The notes under the pieces: model-generated
What the model saw: the letters and a program-made list of their open reading frames with translations, nothing else
Databases searched by the model: none
What the model was told of the DNA's origin: nothing
Shown here: positions 49,786-59,438 of the stretch, piece after piece
Position numbering within the stretch: position 1 is the stretch's first letter
How the letters are laid out: each line of letters opens with the position of its first letter
Made by a program: the position numbers and the translations under genes
NCBI GenBank assembly: GCA_965202985.1
Contig: CBDBCF010000002.1
Location: 416,001-480,000, forward strand
Origin: Longimicrobiales bacterium
GTDB lineage: Bacteria > Gemmatimonadota > Gemmatimonadetes > Longimicrobiales > Gaopeijiaceae
Length of the DNA stretch: 64,000 nucleotides
Direction: 5' to 3'

Positions 49786-51123
49786 CTAGTCGTCGTAGCG
49801 CCGGATCGCCAAGCAGGCATTGTGCCCGCCGAACCCGAACGAGTTGGTGAGCGCCAGCGTGACCGGCCGCTCCATCATGCCGCCGTGGGCGTACTCCAGG
49901 TCGCAGGCCTCGTCCTTCTCGGCGAAGTTGATCGTGGGCGGAACCTTGCCCGTTCGGCAGACCTGCACGCAGAAGGCGGCCTCCAGCGCCCCGGCGGCCC
50001 CCAGCAGATGGCCCGTCATGGACTTGGTGGAGCCCACCACGACATCGTAGGCCCGGGACCCCAGCACGGCCTTTACGGCTGCAGTTTCTGCGGCGTCGTT
50101 CTGCGGCGTGGAGGTTCCGTGGGCGTTCACGTAGTCCACGTCTTCGGGGCGTGCGCCGGCATCGGCCACCGCCATGCGCATGGCGTGCTGGGCGCCCTTG
50201 GCTTCGGGCGGGGGCGCCGTGATGTGATGGGCGTCTCCCGATAGACCGTACCCCATCACCTCCGCCAGCACCTCCACACCCCGGGCGCGCGCGTGCTCCA
50301 TCTCCTCCAGGACCAGGCACGCGGCCCCTTCGCCGATCACGAACCCGTCCCGTCCGGCGTCGAACGGCCGACTGGCCCCCTCGGGGTCGTCGTTCCTCGT
50401 GGACAGCGCCTTCATCGACGAGAAGCCCGCGACCGTCAACGGCGTCACCGCGGCTTCCGTGCCCCCGGCCAGCATAAGTTCGGCGTCGCCCCGCTCGATG
50501 AGCCGAACCGCGTCGCCGATGGCGTGAGCGCTCGATGCGCACGCCGACACGGTGGCGTAGTTGGGGCCGCGCAGCCCGTAGCGGATCGACACCACGCCCG
50601 CCGCGATGTCGGGAATGAACATCGGGACGAAGAAGGGGCTGACCCGCCCCGGCCCGCGATCGATGAGCGCCCGGCAGTTGGTCTCGAACGTCTGCATGCC
50701 GCCGACGCCGCTGCCGATGATCACGCCGAACGCCGACGACGGCGTGCCCGGAGGCGAACCCGAGAGTCCGGCGGACTCCATGGCCTCGGCCGCGGACGCC
50801 ACCGCCAGCTGCGCAAAGCGGTCGTAGCGCCTGGCCTCGCGCTTGCTCAGGTGGTCCAAGGGGTCGAAGCCCTTGACCTCGCAGGCGATCCGCGTGGAGA
50901 AGCCTTCGCTTGCGTCGAACCGGGTGACGGGACCGCCTCCCGGGGTGCCCGCCAGGAGCGCATCCCACGTGGACGGCAAGTCCAGACCCAGCGGGCTGAC
51001 GACCCCCATGCCCGTGATGGCCACTCGCCGCCTAGGCGGTTGCCCGTTCGGGTTCCGGTCCCCGCGCGGCGCTTCGTCCGGCTGCCTGCCGGGTTGCGGC
51101 ACCGCCCCGGCGCGCGTCCTCAC
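49786..51123 (-). CDS. fabF: 3-oxoacyl-ACP synthase II
   Basis: RRVAITGMG, SACASS, NAHGTST, KSMTGHLLGA, NSFGFGGHN; start approximate. Confidence 0.96.
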   Translation of the reverse strand: MRTRAGAVPQPGRQPDEAPRGDRNPNGQPPRRRVAITGMGVVSPLGLDLPSTWDALLAGTPGGGPVTRFDASEGFSTRIACEVKGFDPLDHLSKREARRYDRFAQLAVASAAEAMESAGLSGSPPGTPSSAFGVIIGSGVGGMQTFETNCRALIDRGPGRVSPFFVPMFIPDIAAGVVSIRYGLRGPNYATVSACASSAHAIGDAVRLIERGDAELMLAGGTEAAVTPLTVAGFSSMKALSTRNDDPEGASRPFDAGRDGFVIGEGAACLVLEEMEHARARGVEVLAEVMGYGLSGDAHHITAPPPEAKGAQHAMRMAVADAGARPEDVDYVNAHGTSTPQNDAAETAAVKAVLGSRAYDVVVGSTKSMTGHLLGAAGALEAAFCVQVCRTGKVPPTINFAEKDEACDLEYAHGGMMERPVTLALTNSFGFGGHNACLAIRRYDD

Positions 51124-51133
51124 GCCCTCCGGC

Positions 51134-51379
51134 TTACGAAGAAGATGCGTGCTTCTTGACGTAGGCAACGGCATCGCCGACGGTGCGCATCTCTTCCGCG
51201 TCTTCGTCGGGGATGTCGATGTCGAACTCCTCCTCGAACGCCATGACCAGCTCGACCGTATCGAGGGAATCGGCGCCCAGGTCTTCGATGAACGAGGCTT
51301 CCGGGACGACCTTGTCGGCCTCGACCCCAAGCTCGTTGATGATGATCTCCTTGACCTTGGCTTCCGCGCTGTCGGACAT
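51134..51379 (-). CDS. acpP: Acyl carrier protein
   Basis: [20 protein letters not shown]. Confidence 0.98.
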   Translation of the reverse strand: MSDSAEAKVKEIIINELGVEADKVVPEASFIEDLGADSLDTVELVMAFEEEFDIDIPDEDAEEMRTVGDAVAYVKKHASSS

Positions 51380-51431
51380 GTCGGTGTTGCTCCCGTGGGT
51401 GAAGTGGCGCGCCTGACGTTCGAGCGGGCGC

Positions 51432-52172
51432 CTACATGGCCATGCCGCCGTCGACGGCGATGACTTGGCCCGTAATGTAACGCGCTTCCGGCCCGGCCAA
51501 AAAGCGGACCAAGCCGGCTACGTCTTCGGGTTCTCCAAGCGAGCCCAAGGGAATGCCGGTCCGGAGGGACTCGACCTGGGCTTCTCCCAGGCCGGCGGTC
51601 ATGTCGGTGCGCACGAAGCCCGGCGCGACCGCGTTGCATCGAACGCCCCGCGGCGCCAGCTCCTTGGCGGCGGACTTGGTCAGCCCGTGGAGCCCAGCCT
51701 TGGACGACGCGTAGTTCGCCTGCCCGGCGTTCCCCGACAGGCCGATTACGGAGCTGACGTTCACGATCGACCCTTCGCGACGCTTCATCATGCCCCGGGC
51801 GACGGTCCGGATCATGTTGAAGGCGCCCTTCAAGTTGGTGTCCAGCACGCGCGACCAGTCTTCGTCCCGAAGCCGGAGGAGGAGTCCGTCGCGGGTGATC
51901 CCGGCGTTGTTGACCAGGATCGAAACGGGTCCCTGCTCGGCTTCGGCCCGGATCACCACGTCCCGGCACGCCGCCGCGTCCACCACGTCGCAGGGACGAC
52001 CCGCGTGTCCGTCGCCGGGCAACGCCGCGGCGGCGGCGCTCGCGCGCTCCCCGTCTCGTGCGGCCACCATCACCCGCGCGCCGGCCTCCGCCAGGGCCCG
52101 GGACACGGCCAGCCCGATCCCGCGGGAGCCTCCGGTCACCACCGCCGTCTTGCCCGCCAGGTCGCCGGTCAC
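51432..52172 (-). CDS. fabG: 3-oxoacyl-ACP reductase
   Basis: [33 protein letters not shown]. Confidence 0.96.
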   Translation of the reverse strand: MTGDLAGKTAVVTGGSRGIGLAVSRALAEAGARVMVAARDGERASAAAAALPGDGHAGRPCDVVDAAACRDVVIRAEAEQGPVSILVNNAGITRDGLLLRLRDEDWSRVLDTNLKGAFNMIRTVARGMMKRREGSIVNVSSVIGLSGNAGQANYASSKAGLHGLTKSAAKELAPRGVRCNAVAPGFVRTDMTAGLGEAQVESLRTGIPLGSLGEPEDVAGLVRFLAGPEARYITGQVIAVDGGMAM

Positions 52173-53116
52173 GCCGCACCCTCCTCTCGTTCGAACGGCG
52201 TCATGGCCTCGGCGGCTTGCCGAGTTCCCAGGGGAAGCGTGGGAACCCCCTTCGCGTTTCGGCGGTTGAGTCCCGTCAAGACCTTGTCCGGCCCCAGCTC
52301 CGCGAATCGTGTCGCGCCCAACCGCAACATTGCGGCCACGCACTCCGTCCAGCGCACCGGCGACGTCAGCTGCCGCGCAAGCAGCTCCCGGGCCTGTCCA
52401 GCCTCGCGCACGGCCTCCGCCGTCACGTTCGAGACCACCGGAAAGGCCGATCGCGCCATGGGCACGGCTTCGATCTGCTCCCGAAACCGACCCGCCGCCG
52501 GAGCCATCAGAGGCGAGTGAAACGCCGCGGACACGTTGAGCCGCACGACCCGCTTTGCGCCCCTCCGCTTGGCGGCTTCCCCCGCCTGCCGTACGCCTTC
52601 CGTAGAGCCGCTTACCACGACTTGGCCCGCCGCGTTCAGGTTGGCGGGCGTCACGACGGTTCCCTGCGCGCTCAGCTCGCTGCACAGACCCGCCACCACA
52701 TCGTGGTCGAGCCCCATGACGGCCGCCATGGCGCCGGGCGCGGCGTCCGCCGCCTGCGCCATCAGTTCGCCCCGCCGCCGCACCACCCGCAGCCCGTCGG
52801 CGAAGGAAAACGTGCCCGCCGCGGCGTGGGCCGACAGTTCGCCCAGCGAATGGCCCGCCGCGGCCGCCACGGTCCCCAGCTTGCTCCGCACGACGCGGAA
52901 GGCGGCGACGGCGTGCACGTACAACGCGGGCTGGGCGTTTTCGGTGGCGGTGAGGGTCTCGGCGGGGCCTTCCCACATGAGGCGCGACAGGGACACCCCC
53001 AGCAGATCGTCGGCCTCCTTGAACGTGTCGGCGGCGACCGGAAAGGCGTCGGCCAAGTCGCGGCCCATGCCCACGTGTTGCGAGCCCTGTCCGGGAAAAA
53101 GCAGCCCGGTGCTCAC
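52169..53116 (-). CDS. fabD: Malonyl-CoA:ACP transacylase
   Basis: FPGQGSQ, GHSLGE, SAAFHS, QLTSPVRW. Confidence 0.96.
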   Translation of the reverse strand: MSTGLLFPGQGSQHVGMGRDLADAFPVAADTFKEADDLLGVSLSRLMWEGPAETLTATENAQPALYVHAVAAFRVVRSKLGTVAAAAGHSLGELSAHAAAGTFSFADGLRVVRRRGELMAQAADAAPGAMAAVMGLDHDVVAGLCSELSAQGTVVTPANLNAAGQVVVSGSTEGVRQAGEAAKRRGAKRVVRLNVSAAFHSPLMAPAAGRFREQIEAVPMARSAFPVVSNVTAEAVREAGQARELLARQLTSPVRWTECVAAMLRLGATRFAELGPDKVLTGLNRRNAKGVPTLPLGTRQAAEAMTPFEREEGAA

Positions 53117-53135
53117 GGTTCGGGAAGGCCTCCGC

Positions 53136-54146
53136 CTACCACCGCATGGCCGTGGCGCCCCACGTCAAGCCGGCGCCGAAGGCCGTCATGAGCACCAGCG
53201 CGCCGGGCGAAAGGCGGCCTTCCTCCGCGGCCTCGTCCAAGGCGACGGGGATCGTGGCGGACGAGATGTTGCCGTATCGGCCAAGGTTGACGAACACCTT
53301 CTCCATCGGAATCCCGGCGTAGCGCGCCGTGGACTCGATGATCCTCACGTTGGCTTGGTGGGGCACCAGAAGGTCCACGTCGTCCGCCTTCAGTCCAGCG
53401 TCCCGAAGCACCCGCGTGCCGGCCTGGGCCATCGACTTGACGGCGGACTTGAACACTTCGCGGCCCGACATGCGCAGCAGGTGCTCCTTGTTCCGCACGC
53501 GTTCCTCGTCCAAGGGCCGAGCGCTGCCCCCGGCCTTCCGTTGCAGGAGCGGGGCCATGTCGCCGTCGGACCGATGGAAGCTGGTCAAGATGCCGCGTCC
53601 GTCGGTGGCCCGCGTCACGACCGCGGCGCCGGCGCCGTCGCCGAAGAGGATGCACGTGGCGCGGTCGTCCCAGTCGACGATCGAAGACATCTTCTCCGTC
53701 GAGACGACCAAGACCGCCTCGGCCTGGCCCGCCGCAATGCACCCCTCGGCCACGGACAGCGCGTAGAGGAAGCCCGTGCATGCGGCGTGAAGGTCGAACG
53801 CCATCGACGTGCGGGCGGCGCCGATCCGGGATTGGATCTCGCACGACGTGGCCGGCAACCAATGGTTGGGCGTCGCCGTCGTGACCAGAAGCACGTCCAG
53901 GTCGCTCGCCGCCAGCCCCGCCTTCCGCAACGCCTCCAACGCCGCCCGCTCTCCCATGTCCACCGGAGACGTGTCGTCGTCCGCGATCCGCCGCTCGCGG
54001 ATGCCGGTGCGCTCGGTGATCCACGCGTCGGTGGTGTCAACCATGCCTTCCAAGTCGGCGTTGCTCAGAACGCGGTCGGGCAAGCACCGGCCCGTGGCCG
54101 CGACTTTGGCCGTCGGTGCTCCGACCGCCGTGCGACCCGTGCTCAC
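53136..54146 (-). CDS. fabH: 3-oxoacyl-ACP synthase III
   Basis: WITERTGI, AACTGF, LFGDGAGA, PHQAN, GNISSA, FGAGLTWG. Confidence 0.96.
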   Translation of the reverse strand: MSTGRTAVGAPTAKVAATGRCLPDRVLSNADLEGMVDTTDAWITERTGIRERRIADDDTSPVDMGERAALEALRKAGLAASDLDVLLVTTATPNHWLPATSCEIQSRIGAARTSMAFDLHAACTGFLYALSVAEGCIAAGQAEAVLVVSTEKMSSIVDWDDRATCILFGDGAGAAVVTRATDGRGILTSFHRSDGDMAPLLQRKAGGSARPLDEERVRNKEHLLRMSGREVFKSAVKSMAQAGTRVLRDAGLKADDVDLLVPHQANVRIIESTARYAGIPMEKVFVNLGRYGNISSATIPVALDEAAEEGRLSPGALVLMTAFGAGLTWGATAMRW

Positions 54147-55126
54147 GAAACCACCGCCCGCGGCTCGGACGCCAAGTCCCGCGCCATGTGCGCCACCATG
54201 CCGTTGCGCACGGCGCGCGCCGCTACCGCGATCGCCGCGCCGATTGCCTTGGGGGGCGACTCTCCGTGGCAGATGATGCTGACGCCGTTCACCCCCAGGA
54301 GGGGCGCGCCGCCGTACTCGGTGTAGTCGAACACGCGAAAGACCTCTTCCAGGTCGGGGTCCAGCCCCGCCGGGTCCATGCGCGACCGAAGGTGGTGAAC
54401 CAGAAATCCGGCCACGGACTCGTAGAACTTGAGCAGCACGTTGCCCACGAAGCCGTCGCACACCAGCACGTCACACGAATGGTCGATGATGTCGCGTCCC
54501 TCCATGTTGCCGACGAACCGCAGGTCGCTCCGGGACAGCAGGTGGTGCGCCTCCTGGACCATCTCGGAGCCCTTGCCCGGCTCGGCGCCGACGTTGAGGA
54601 GTCCGACGCGGGGAGCCGCGACGCCCTGCACGTCGTGCATGTAGATCGTCCCCAGGCGAGCGAACTGCAACAGATGCCGCGGCTTGCACTCGATGTTGGC
54701 ACCGGCGTCGACCAGCAACGTCGGTCCCCTCGACGTGGGAAGGAGCGCGCCGACCGTGGGACGCGCCACGCCGGCCAGGGACCGGAGCATGAACAGCGAG
54801 CCGGCCATGACCGCGCCCGTCGCGCCCGCCGACACGAAGGCGTCGGCCTCGCCGCGCTGCTGCAGGCCGAGACCCACGCTGATCGACGACCGCGGCCGAC
54901 GACGGAACGCCGAGGCCGGGGCGTCGGCGGAGGTGATGCGGTCGGGCGCGTGTACCACGTCGATGCGGCTGGAAGCGGCGTGACCGCTCAGCGACTGGTC
55001 CAGCACATCCTCGTCGCCGACCAGAAGGACGGCCAGATCGGGGTCCGCGCCGACGGCCCGAACGGCACCCGCGACCTCGTTGGCCGGAGCGCCGTCCGTT
55101 CCCATGGCGTCCAAGGCAATCCGCAT
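54143..55126 (-). CDS. plsX: Phosphate acyltransferase
   Basis: IALDAMG, SAGATGA, DAGAN, LLNVGAE, CDGFVGN, GGAPLLG. Confidence 0.96.
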   Translation of the reverse strand: MRIALDAMGTDGAPANEVAGAVRAVGADPDLAVLLVGDEDVLDQSLSGHAASSRIDVVHAPDRITSADAPASAFRRRPRSSISVGLGLQQRGEADAFVSAGATGAVMAGSLFMLRSLAGVARPTVGALLPTSRGPTLLVDAGANIECKPRHLLQFARLGTIYMHDVQGVAAPRVGLLNVGAEPGKGSEMVQEAHHLLSRSDLRFVGNMEGRDIIDHSCDVLVCDGFVGNVLLKFYESVAGFLVHHLRSRMDPAGLDPDLEEVFRVFDYTEYGGAPLLGVNGVSIICHGESPPKAIGAAIAVAARAVRNGMVAHMARDLASEPRAVVS

Positions 55127-55157
55127 CGGCACGCGGCGCGCGACGGGACGGCGCCGG

Positions 55158-55340
55158 CTACTCTTCGTGCGAGTCGAAGACGTGCTTGCCCCGATACATC
55201 CCGGACGTGGGGCACACGCGGTGCCGGAGCGCCGGATCTCCCGTCTTGGCGCACGTGCCCAAGGTGGCTTCCTGGGCCTTGTAGTGGGTGCGGCGCTTGC
55301 GCTTCCTCTGCTTCGACACCCGCTTCTTCGGGACGGCCAT
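55158..55340 (-). CDS. rpmF: 50S ribosomal protein L32
   Basis: MAVPKKRVSKQRKRKRR...HRVC..GMYRGK. Confidence 0.95.
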   Translation of the reverse strand: MAVPKKRVSKQRKRKRRTHYKAQEATLGTCAKTGDPALRHRVCPTSGMYRGKHVFDSHEE

Positions 55341-55353
55341 GGCGTGCTTTCTC

Positions 55354-55863
55354 CTACTCGGATTGCAATGCCCGCAACGCCTCCCACCTGGGATCGGCGG
55401 CGGCGGGCTCGGGCGGTTTCGGGGGCTGGCGAAAGCGGGCGACGGGAACGCCGCAACGTGTGCAGCGACCGTCGCCGTCTTCGCCTGGAACAAGATAACG
55501 CGGCACGGCCAGCAGCACTTCCTCGCGCACCGCGTCGTCCAGGCTCAACGCACCGGAACGACCGTCCAGCACGCGTTCGTCGGCGTCGGTCCAGGCGGTC
55601 GCGCCGCCGGGGCGACCTTGGTCCGGCACGTAGGCCAGCGTGAAGGCGCGTCGCACCGGCATGCGCACGCCTTCCAGGCAGCGTCCGCATTCGTGCACGA
55701 CCACGGTCTCCCAAGAGCCCCGCACCACGATGCTCCCCTCCGCGGTGGCCAAAGCGGCGCCTTCGACGGCGACCGGAACTTCCAGCGTCAGCTCGGACTC
55801 GTCCCAGAGCGCGGCGTCCGGCGCCAACGTCCCGCTGACCGGAAGCTCCCTCTCCCTCCACAA
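55354..55863 (-). CDS. DUF177 (YceD) family protein
   Basis: ECGRCL, VREEVLLAVP, CTRCG, DPRWEAL; upstream of rpmF; the true start may be a few codons upstream. Confidence 0.9.
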   Translation of the reverse strand: MWRERELPVSGTLAPDAALWDESELTLEVPVAVEGAALATAEGSIVVRGSWETVVVHECGRCLEGVRMPVRRAFTLAYVPDQGRPGGATAWTDADERVLDGRSGALSLDDAVREEVLLAVPRYLVPGEDGDGRCTRCGVPVARFRQPPKPPEPAAADPRWEALRALQSE

Positions 55864-55906
55864 GCGAGCCAGGTCGACCCGGAGGGCGGCCGCGGGAGAC
55901 AGGGCG

Positions 55907-56344
55907 CTACCCCGCCAGGTCCGCGTCCGGCCTCGCCAACTCCGCCTCCGGAAAGAAGAACCCGATCTCGCGGCGCGCGTTGTCGGCCGAATCGGAGGCG
56001 TGGATGGCGTTCCGCTCCTTGGACTGGGCGTGCAGCCGGCGAACGGTTCCCGGTGCGGCTTCGGCGGGATCGGTGGCGCCGATCGCCCGTCGAAGGCGGG
56101 CCACCGCGTCGGGAGCCTCGAGGACCATGGGGATGCAAGGCCCCGAGGTCATGAACGACACCAGGGACGGAAAGAAGGGACGCTCCCTGTGGACATTGTA
56201 GAACGCGCGGGCCTGGGGCGGCGTCAACGTGACCATGCGCACGGCGCGCAAGGCGAAGCCGGCCTCTTCCAGCATGGCCAGGATCGCGCCGGCCTTGCCG
56301 GAGCCCGTCGCGTCGGGCTTGACGATCGCCAAGGTTCGGTTCAT
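55907..56344 (-). CDS. ndk: Nucleoside-diphosphate kinase
   Basis: RTLAIVKPDA, FMTSGP, GATDP, NAIHASDS. Confidence 0.96.
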   Translation of the reverse strand: MNRTLAIVKPDATGSGKAGAILAMLEEAGFALRAVRMVTLTPPQARAFYNVHRERPFFPSLVSFMTSGPCIPMVLEAPDAVARLRRAIGATDPAEAAPGTVRRLHAQSKERNAIHASDSADNARREIGFFFPEAELARPDADLAG

Positions 56345-56376
56345 GGCAACAACGGAACCCGAAGGCGGGCCGGGGG

Positions 56377-57267
56377 TCAAGCCCTGCCCTGCGCCGGCTT
56401 GTCGGCCGCGACCGCGCCGCCGAACGCACGCAACACGGTAGCGCGCTCGAGAAAGCCGATCAGCTCGCCTTCGCGCACGACCGGAAGCTGGCCGACGCCG
56501 CGCGCCACCATGGAGCGGGAGGCATCCAGCAACGGCTCGTCGGCGCCCACGCACAGGACGGAACGCGTCATCACGTCGCGGGCAGCCAGGGCGGACTCGC
56601 CGGCCAAGCCGTCCTCGCCCTCCTGCCGGGGCAGCACGTGAGGGACCACGTCTCCGTCCGTGATGACGCCCAGGACCTCGCGGTTCTTGCCCACGACGGG
56701 CACCGCGGCCAGCCCGCGACGGGCCATCAGTTGCTGGACTTCGGCGACGGGCGTGTCGGGGTAGATGCGGTAGGACAGGGGCGTCAAGGCGTCTTCGACG
56801 GCCACGCGGGAGGCGACTCGGGCGGTCGCGAACTCCCGCGACTGCATGATCTCGTCGACTTCGCTCCGGACCGGTTCCTTGCCGAACCCCGAACAGGCCC
56901 GCCGAAGCGCAGGCGCCAGGAACAGGTTGACCGAGGGCACGGACAGTCCCCATGCGACCCATGTCACGTCCGAGATGCGTTCGGCGTCGGCTCGGTCCGC
57001 CGGCATCCCCAGCAGCAGCCCCGGCCCCGCCTGGGCGGACCGGCTTTCGTCGTCGCCTCCGTTTCCGCCGCCCAAGTCCAACAGCCGGACTCCCCGCACC
57101 AGGGCCAGGTCGCGGGGCGCCGCCCCGGAACGGGCCGCCCGGCGAACCGCTTGGTGCAGCGGGTGGCCACGGTCGAGTTGCGCGGCAGCGGCGGGCAGCG
57201 ACGCCCAGGCGTCCTTCTTGACGCCGACGAGAACTTTGGGCTGGACCAGCAGTTGCGCGAGCGTCAC
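56377..57267 (-). CDS. CBS-pair protein with an unidentified N-terminal domain
   Basis: AVPVV...VLGVITDGDV and ARDVMTR...LPVVREGELIGFL CBS repeats. Confidence 0.75.
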   Translation of the reverse strand: MTLAQLLVQPKVLVGVKKDAWASLPAAAAQLDRGHPLHQAVRRAARSGAAPRDLALVRGVRLLDLGGGNGGDDESRSAQAGPGLLLGMPADRADAERISDVTWVAWGLSVPSVNLFLAPALRRACSGFGKEPVRSEVDEIMQSREFATARVASRVAVEDALTPLSYRIYPDTPVAEVQQLMARRGLAAVPVVGKNREVLGVITDGDVVPHVLPRQEGEDGLAGESALAARDVMTRSVLCVGADEPLLDASRSMVARGVGQLPVVREGELIGFLERATVLRAFGGAVAADKPAQGRA

Positions 57268-57273
57268 ACCGAT

Positions 57274-58170
57274 TCAGCCCGCTCGACGCCCCAAGGCCTT
57301 GCCCGTCAAGCGGCTGATCTCCACTGGTCTGCGGGCGACGTGAACGCCGTTGTCCTCGAAGGCCTGGACCTTCTCGGCGGCCGTGCCCCCCGCGCCGCTG
57401 ACGATGGCGCCGGCGTGGCCCATGCGCTTGCCCGGCGGCGCCGTCCGCCCCGCGACGAACCCCACGACGGGGATGTCCAGGTGTGCGCCCGCCCAAGCGG
57501 CCGCCTCCTGTTCGGCAACGCCCCCGATCTCGCCGATCAGCACCACGGCCTCGGTCTCCTCGTCGTCGGCGAAGGCCTTCAGGCAGTCCACGAAGCTGAT
57601 CCCGATCAGGGGGTCGCCGCCGATGCCGACGCAGGTCGTCTGGCCCAGGCCGTCCCGTGTCAGGTGGTGCACGGCCTCGTAGGTCAGGGTCCCGGACCGC
57701 GAGACCAGGCCCACGGGCCCGGGGGCCACGATGTCGCCCGGGATGATCCCCAGCTTGGCCTTGCCGGGCGAGATGAGGCCGGGACAGTTGGGGCCGAGGA
57801 CGCGGCAACCCCGGTCCTGGGCCAGGGCGTGCGCCCGGGTCATGTCCAGCACGGGGATCCCCTCGGTGACGCACGCGACGAAGCGGATGCCGGCGTCGGC
57901 GGCTTCCATGATCGCCCCGGCCGCGAAACCCGGCGGCACGTACACTACCGACGCGTCCGCGTTCGTCTCGGCCACCGCGTCGGCCACCGTGTCGAAGACG
58001 GGCACGGTCCGCCCGTCCGGCCCTTCGAAGCGGCGTCCCCCCTTCCCCGGGGTCACCCCGGCCACGACCCGCGTGCCGTACGCCATCATCTGGCGCGTGT
58101 GAAACGAGCCGTCGCGGCCGGTGACGCCCTGCACGACGACCCGCGTGCTCTCGTCGACGAATATCGCCAT
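57274..58170 (-). CDS. sucD: Succinyl-CoA ligase alpha subunit
   Basis: QGVTG, GVTPGKGG, GPNCPG, SRSGTLTYE, MGHAGA. Confidence 0.97.
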   Translation of the reverse strand: MAIFVDESTRVVVQGVTGRDGSFHTRQMMAYGTRVVAGVTPGKGGRRFEGPDGRTVPVFDTVADAVAETNADASVVYVPPGFAAGAIMEAADAGIRFVACVTEGIPVLDMTRAHALAQDRGCRVLGPNCPGLISPGKAKLGIIPGDIVAPGPVGLVSRSGTLTYEAVHHLTRDGLGQTTCVGIGGDPLIGISFVDCLKAFADDEETEAVVLIGEIGGVAEQEAAAWAGAHLDIPVVGFVAGRTAPPGKRMGHAGAIVSGAGGTAAEKVQAFEDNGVHVARRPVEISRLTGKALGRRAG

Positions 58171-58186
58171 GGGGTTCTCTTTCCGG

Positions 58187-59317
58187 TCAGGCGGCCAGCC
58201 GCACTGCCTTCTCCACCACTTCGTCCATGGACGCCGCCGTCTCGAAGCCCGCGTCCGCCAAGATCTCCCGCGCCTGCGCCTCGTTGGTCCCCGTGAGGCG
58301 GATCACCAACGGCACCCCGATCTCCGAGGTGCGCGCCGCCTCCACGATCCCGCGCGCCACGTCGTCGCAGCGCGTGATGCCCCCGAATATGTTGAACAAG
58401 ATCGCACGCACGCCCGGGTCCGCGGTGATGATCTCCAGCGCCGCGACCACCTTGCCGGGGTTGGACGAGCCGCCGATGTCCAGGAAGTTGGCGGGTTCGC
58501 CGCCGTAGTACTTGACCAAGTCCATCGTCGCCATGGCCAACCCGGCGCCGTTGACGCAGCAACCTACGGCGCCGTCCAGCTTGACGAAGCTCAGGCCGGC
58601 GTCCCGGGCGCGCGCGGCGGCCGCATCCTCCGCGTCTTCGTCCCGAAGCGCCTCGATCTCGGGCCGCCGGAAGAGTTCGTTGTCGTCGATGCTGACTTTG
58701 GCGTCGATGGCTTTGACCTGCCCGCCGGACGTGGAGATCAAGGGGTTGATCTCCGCCATCGACGCACCGCTGTCCTTGAAGGCGTCCCAGAGGCGCGCGA
58801 TCGCGCGTGCGCCCTGCCGCACCAGGTCCGGCGCGTCGTAGAGCTTGGCAGCCAAGCCGTATGCTTGGTGGGACAGCAGGCCGTAGCGCGGGTCCACGCG
58901 GACCTTGTGGATCGCCTCGGGGTTGGCGGCAGCCACCTCTTCGATGTCCACGCCCCCCTCGGCCGACGCCATCAAGACCGGGCACTGGCCCTTCCGATCC
59001 ACCAGAACGCCCACGTAGGCCTCGGACGCGATCGATTCCGCAGGCGACACCAGGAGCTTCTCGACGACCAGCCCGTTGATCTCCATGCCCAAGATGGCGC
59101 GGGCGCACTCGGCGGCTTGGTCCGGACCCTCGGCCAGCTTGACGCCGCCGGCCTTTCCCCGGCCGCCGGAGTGGACCTGCGCCTTGACGACGACCGTGCC
59201 GCCGTACTCCTCCGCCGACGCCCGGACTTCCTCGGGCGAAACGGCCACGCGACCGTCGTTGACCGGCACGCCGGCGGCGCGGAACAGGTCCTTGGCTTGA
59301 TATTCGTGAAGGTCCAT
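58187..59317 (-). CDS. sucC: Succinyl-CoA ligase beta subunit
   Basis: MDLHEYQAK, KAQVHSGGRGKAGG, NGAGLAMATMD, NFLDIGG, NIFGGI. Confidence 0.97.
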   Translation of the reverse strand: MDLHEYQAKDLFRAAGVPVNDGRVAVSPEEVRASAEEYGGTVVVKAQVHSGGRGKAGGVKLAEGPDQAAECARAILGMEINGLVVEKLLVSPAESIASEAYVGVLVDRKGQCPVLMASAEGGVDIEEVAAANPEAIHKVRVDPRYGLLSHQAYGLAAKLYDAPDLVRQGARAIARLWDAFKDSGASMAEINPLISTSGGQVKAIDAKVSIDDNELFRRPEIEALRDEDAEDAAAARARDAGLSFVKLDGAVGCCVNGAGLAMATMDLVKYYGGEPANFLDIGGSSNPGKVVAALEIITADPGVRAILFNIFGGITRCDDVARGIVEAARTSEIGVPLVIRLTGTNEAQAREILADAGFETAASMDEVVEKAVRLAA

Positions 59318-59438
59318 GAGACGAGTCCGAAGGGAGGACGGCCACGTTGCGCGCCCGACGACGGGCTTGCCGTCGGCGACCGTCCATTATGGCGGAAGAA
59401 CAGGGCGTAGAAAACCCGCCGCCGCCGTATATTAGTGA

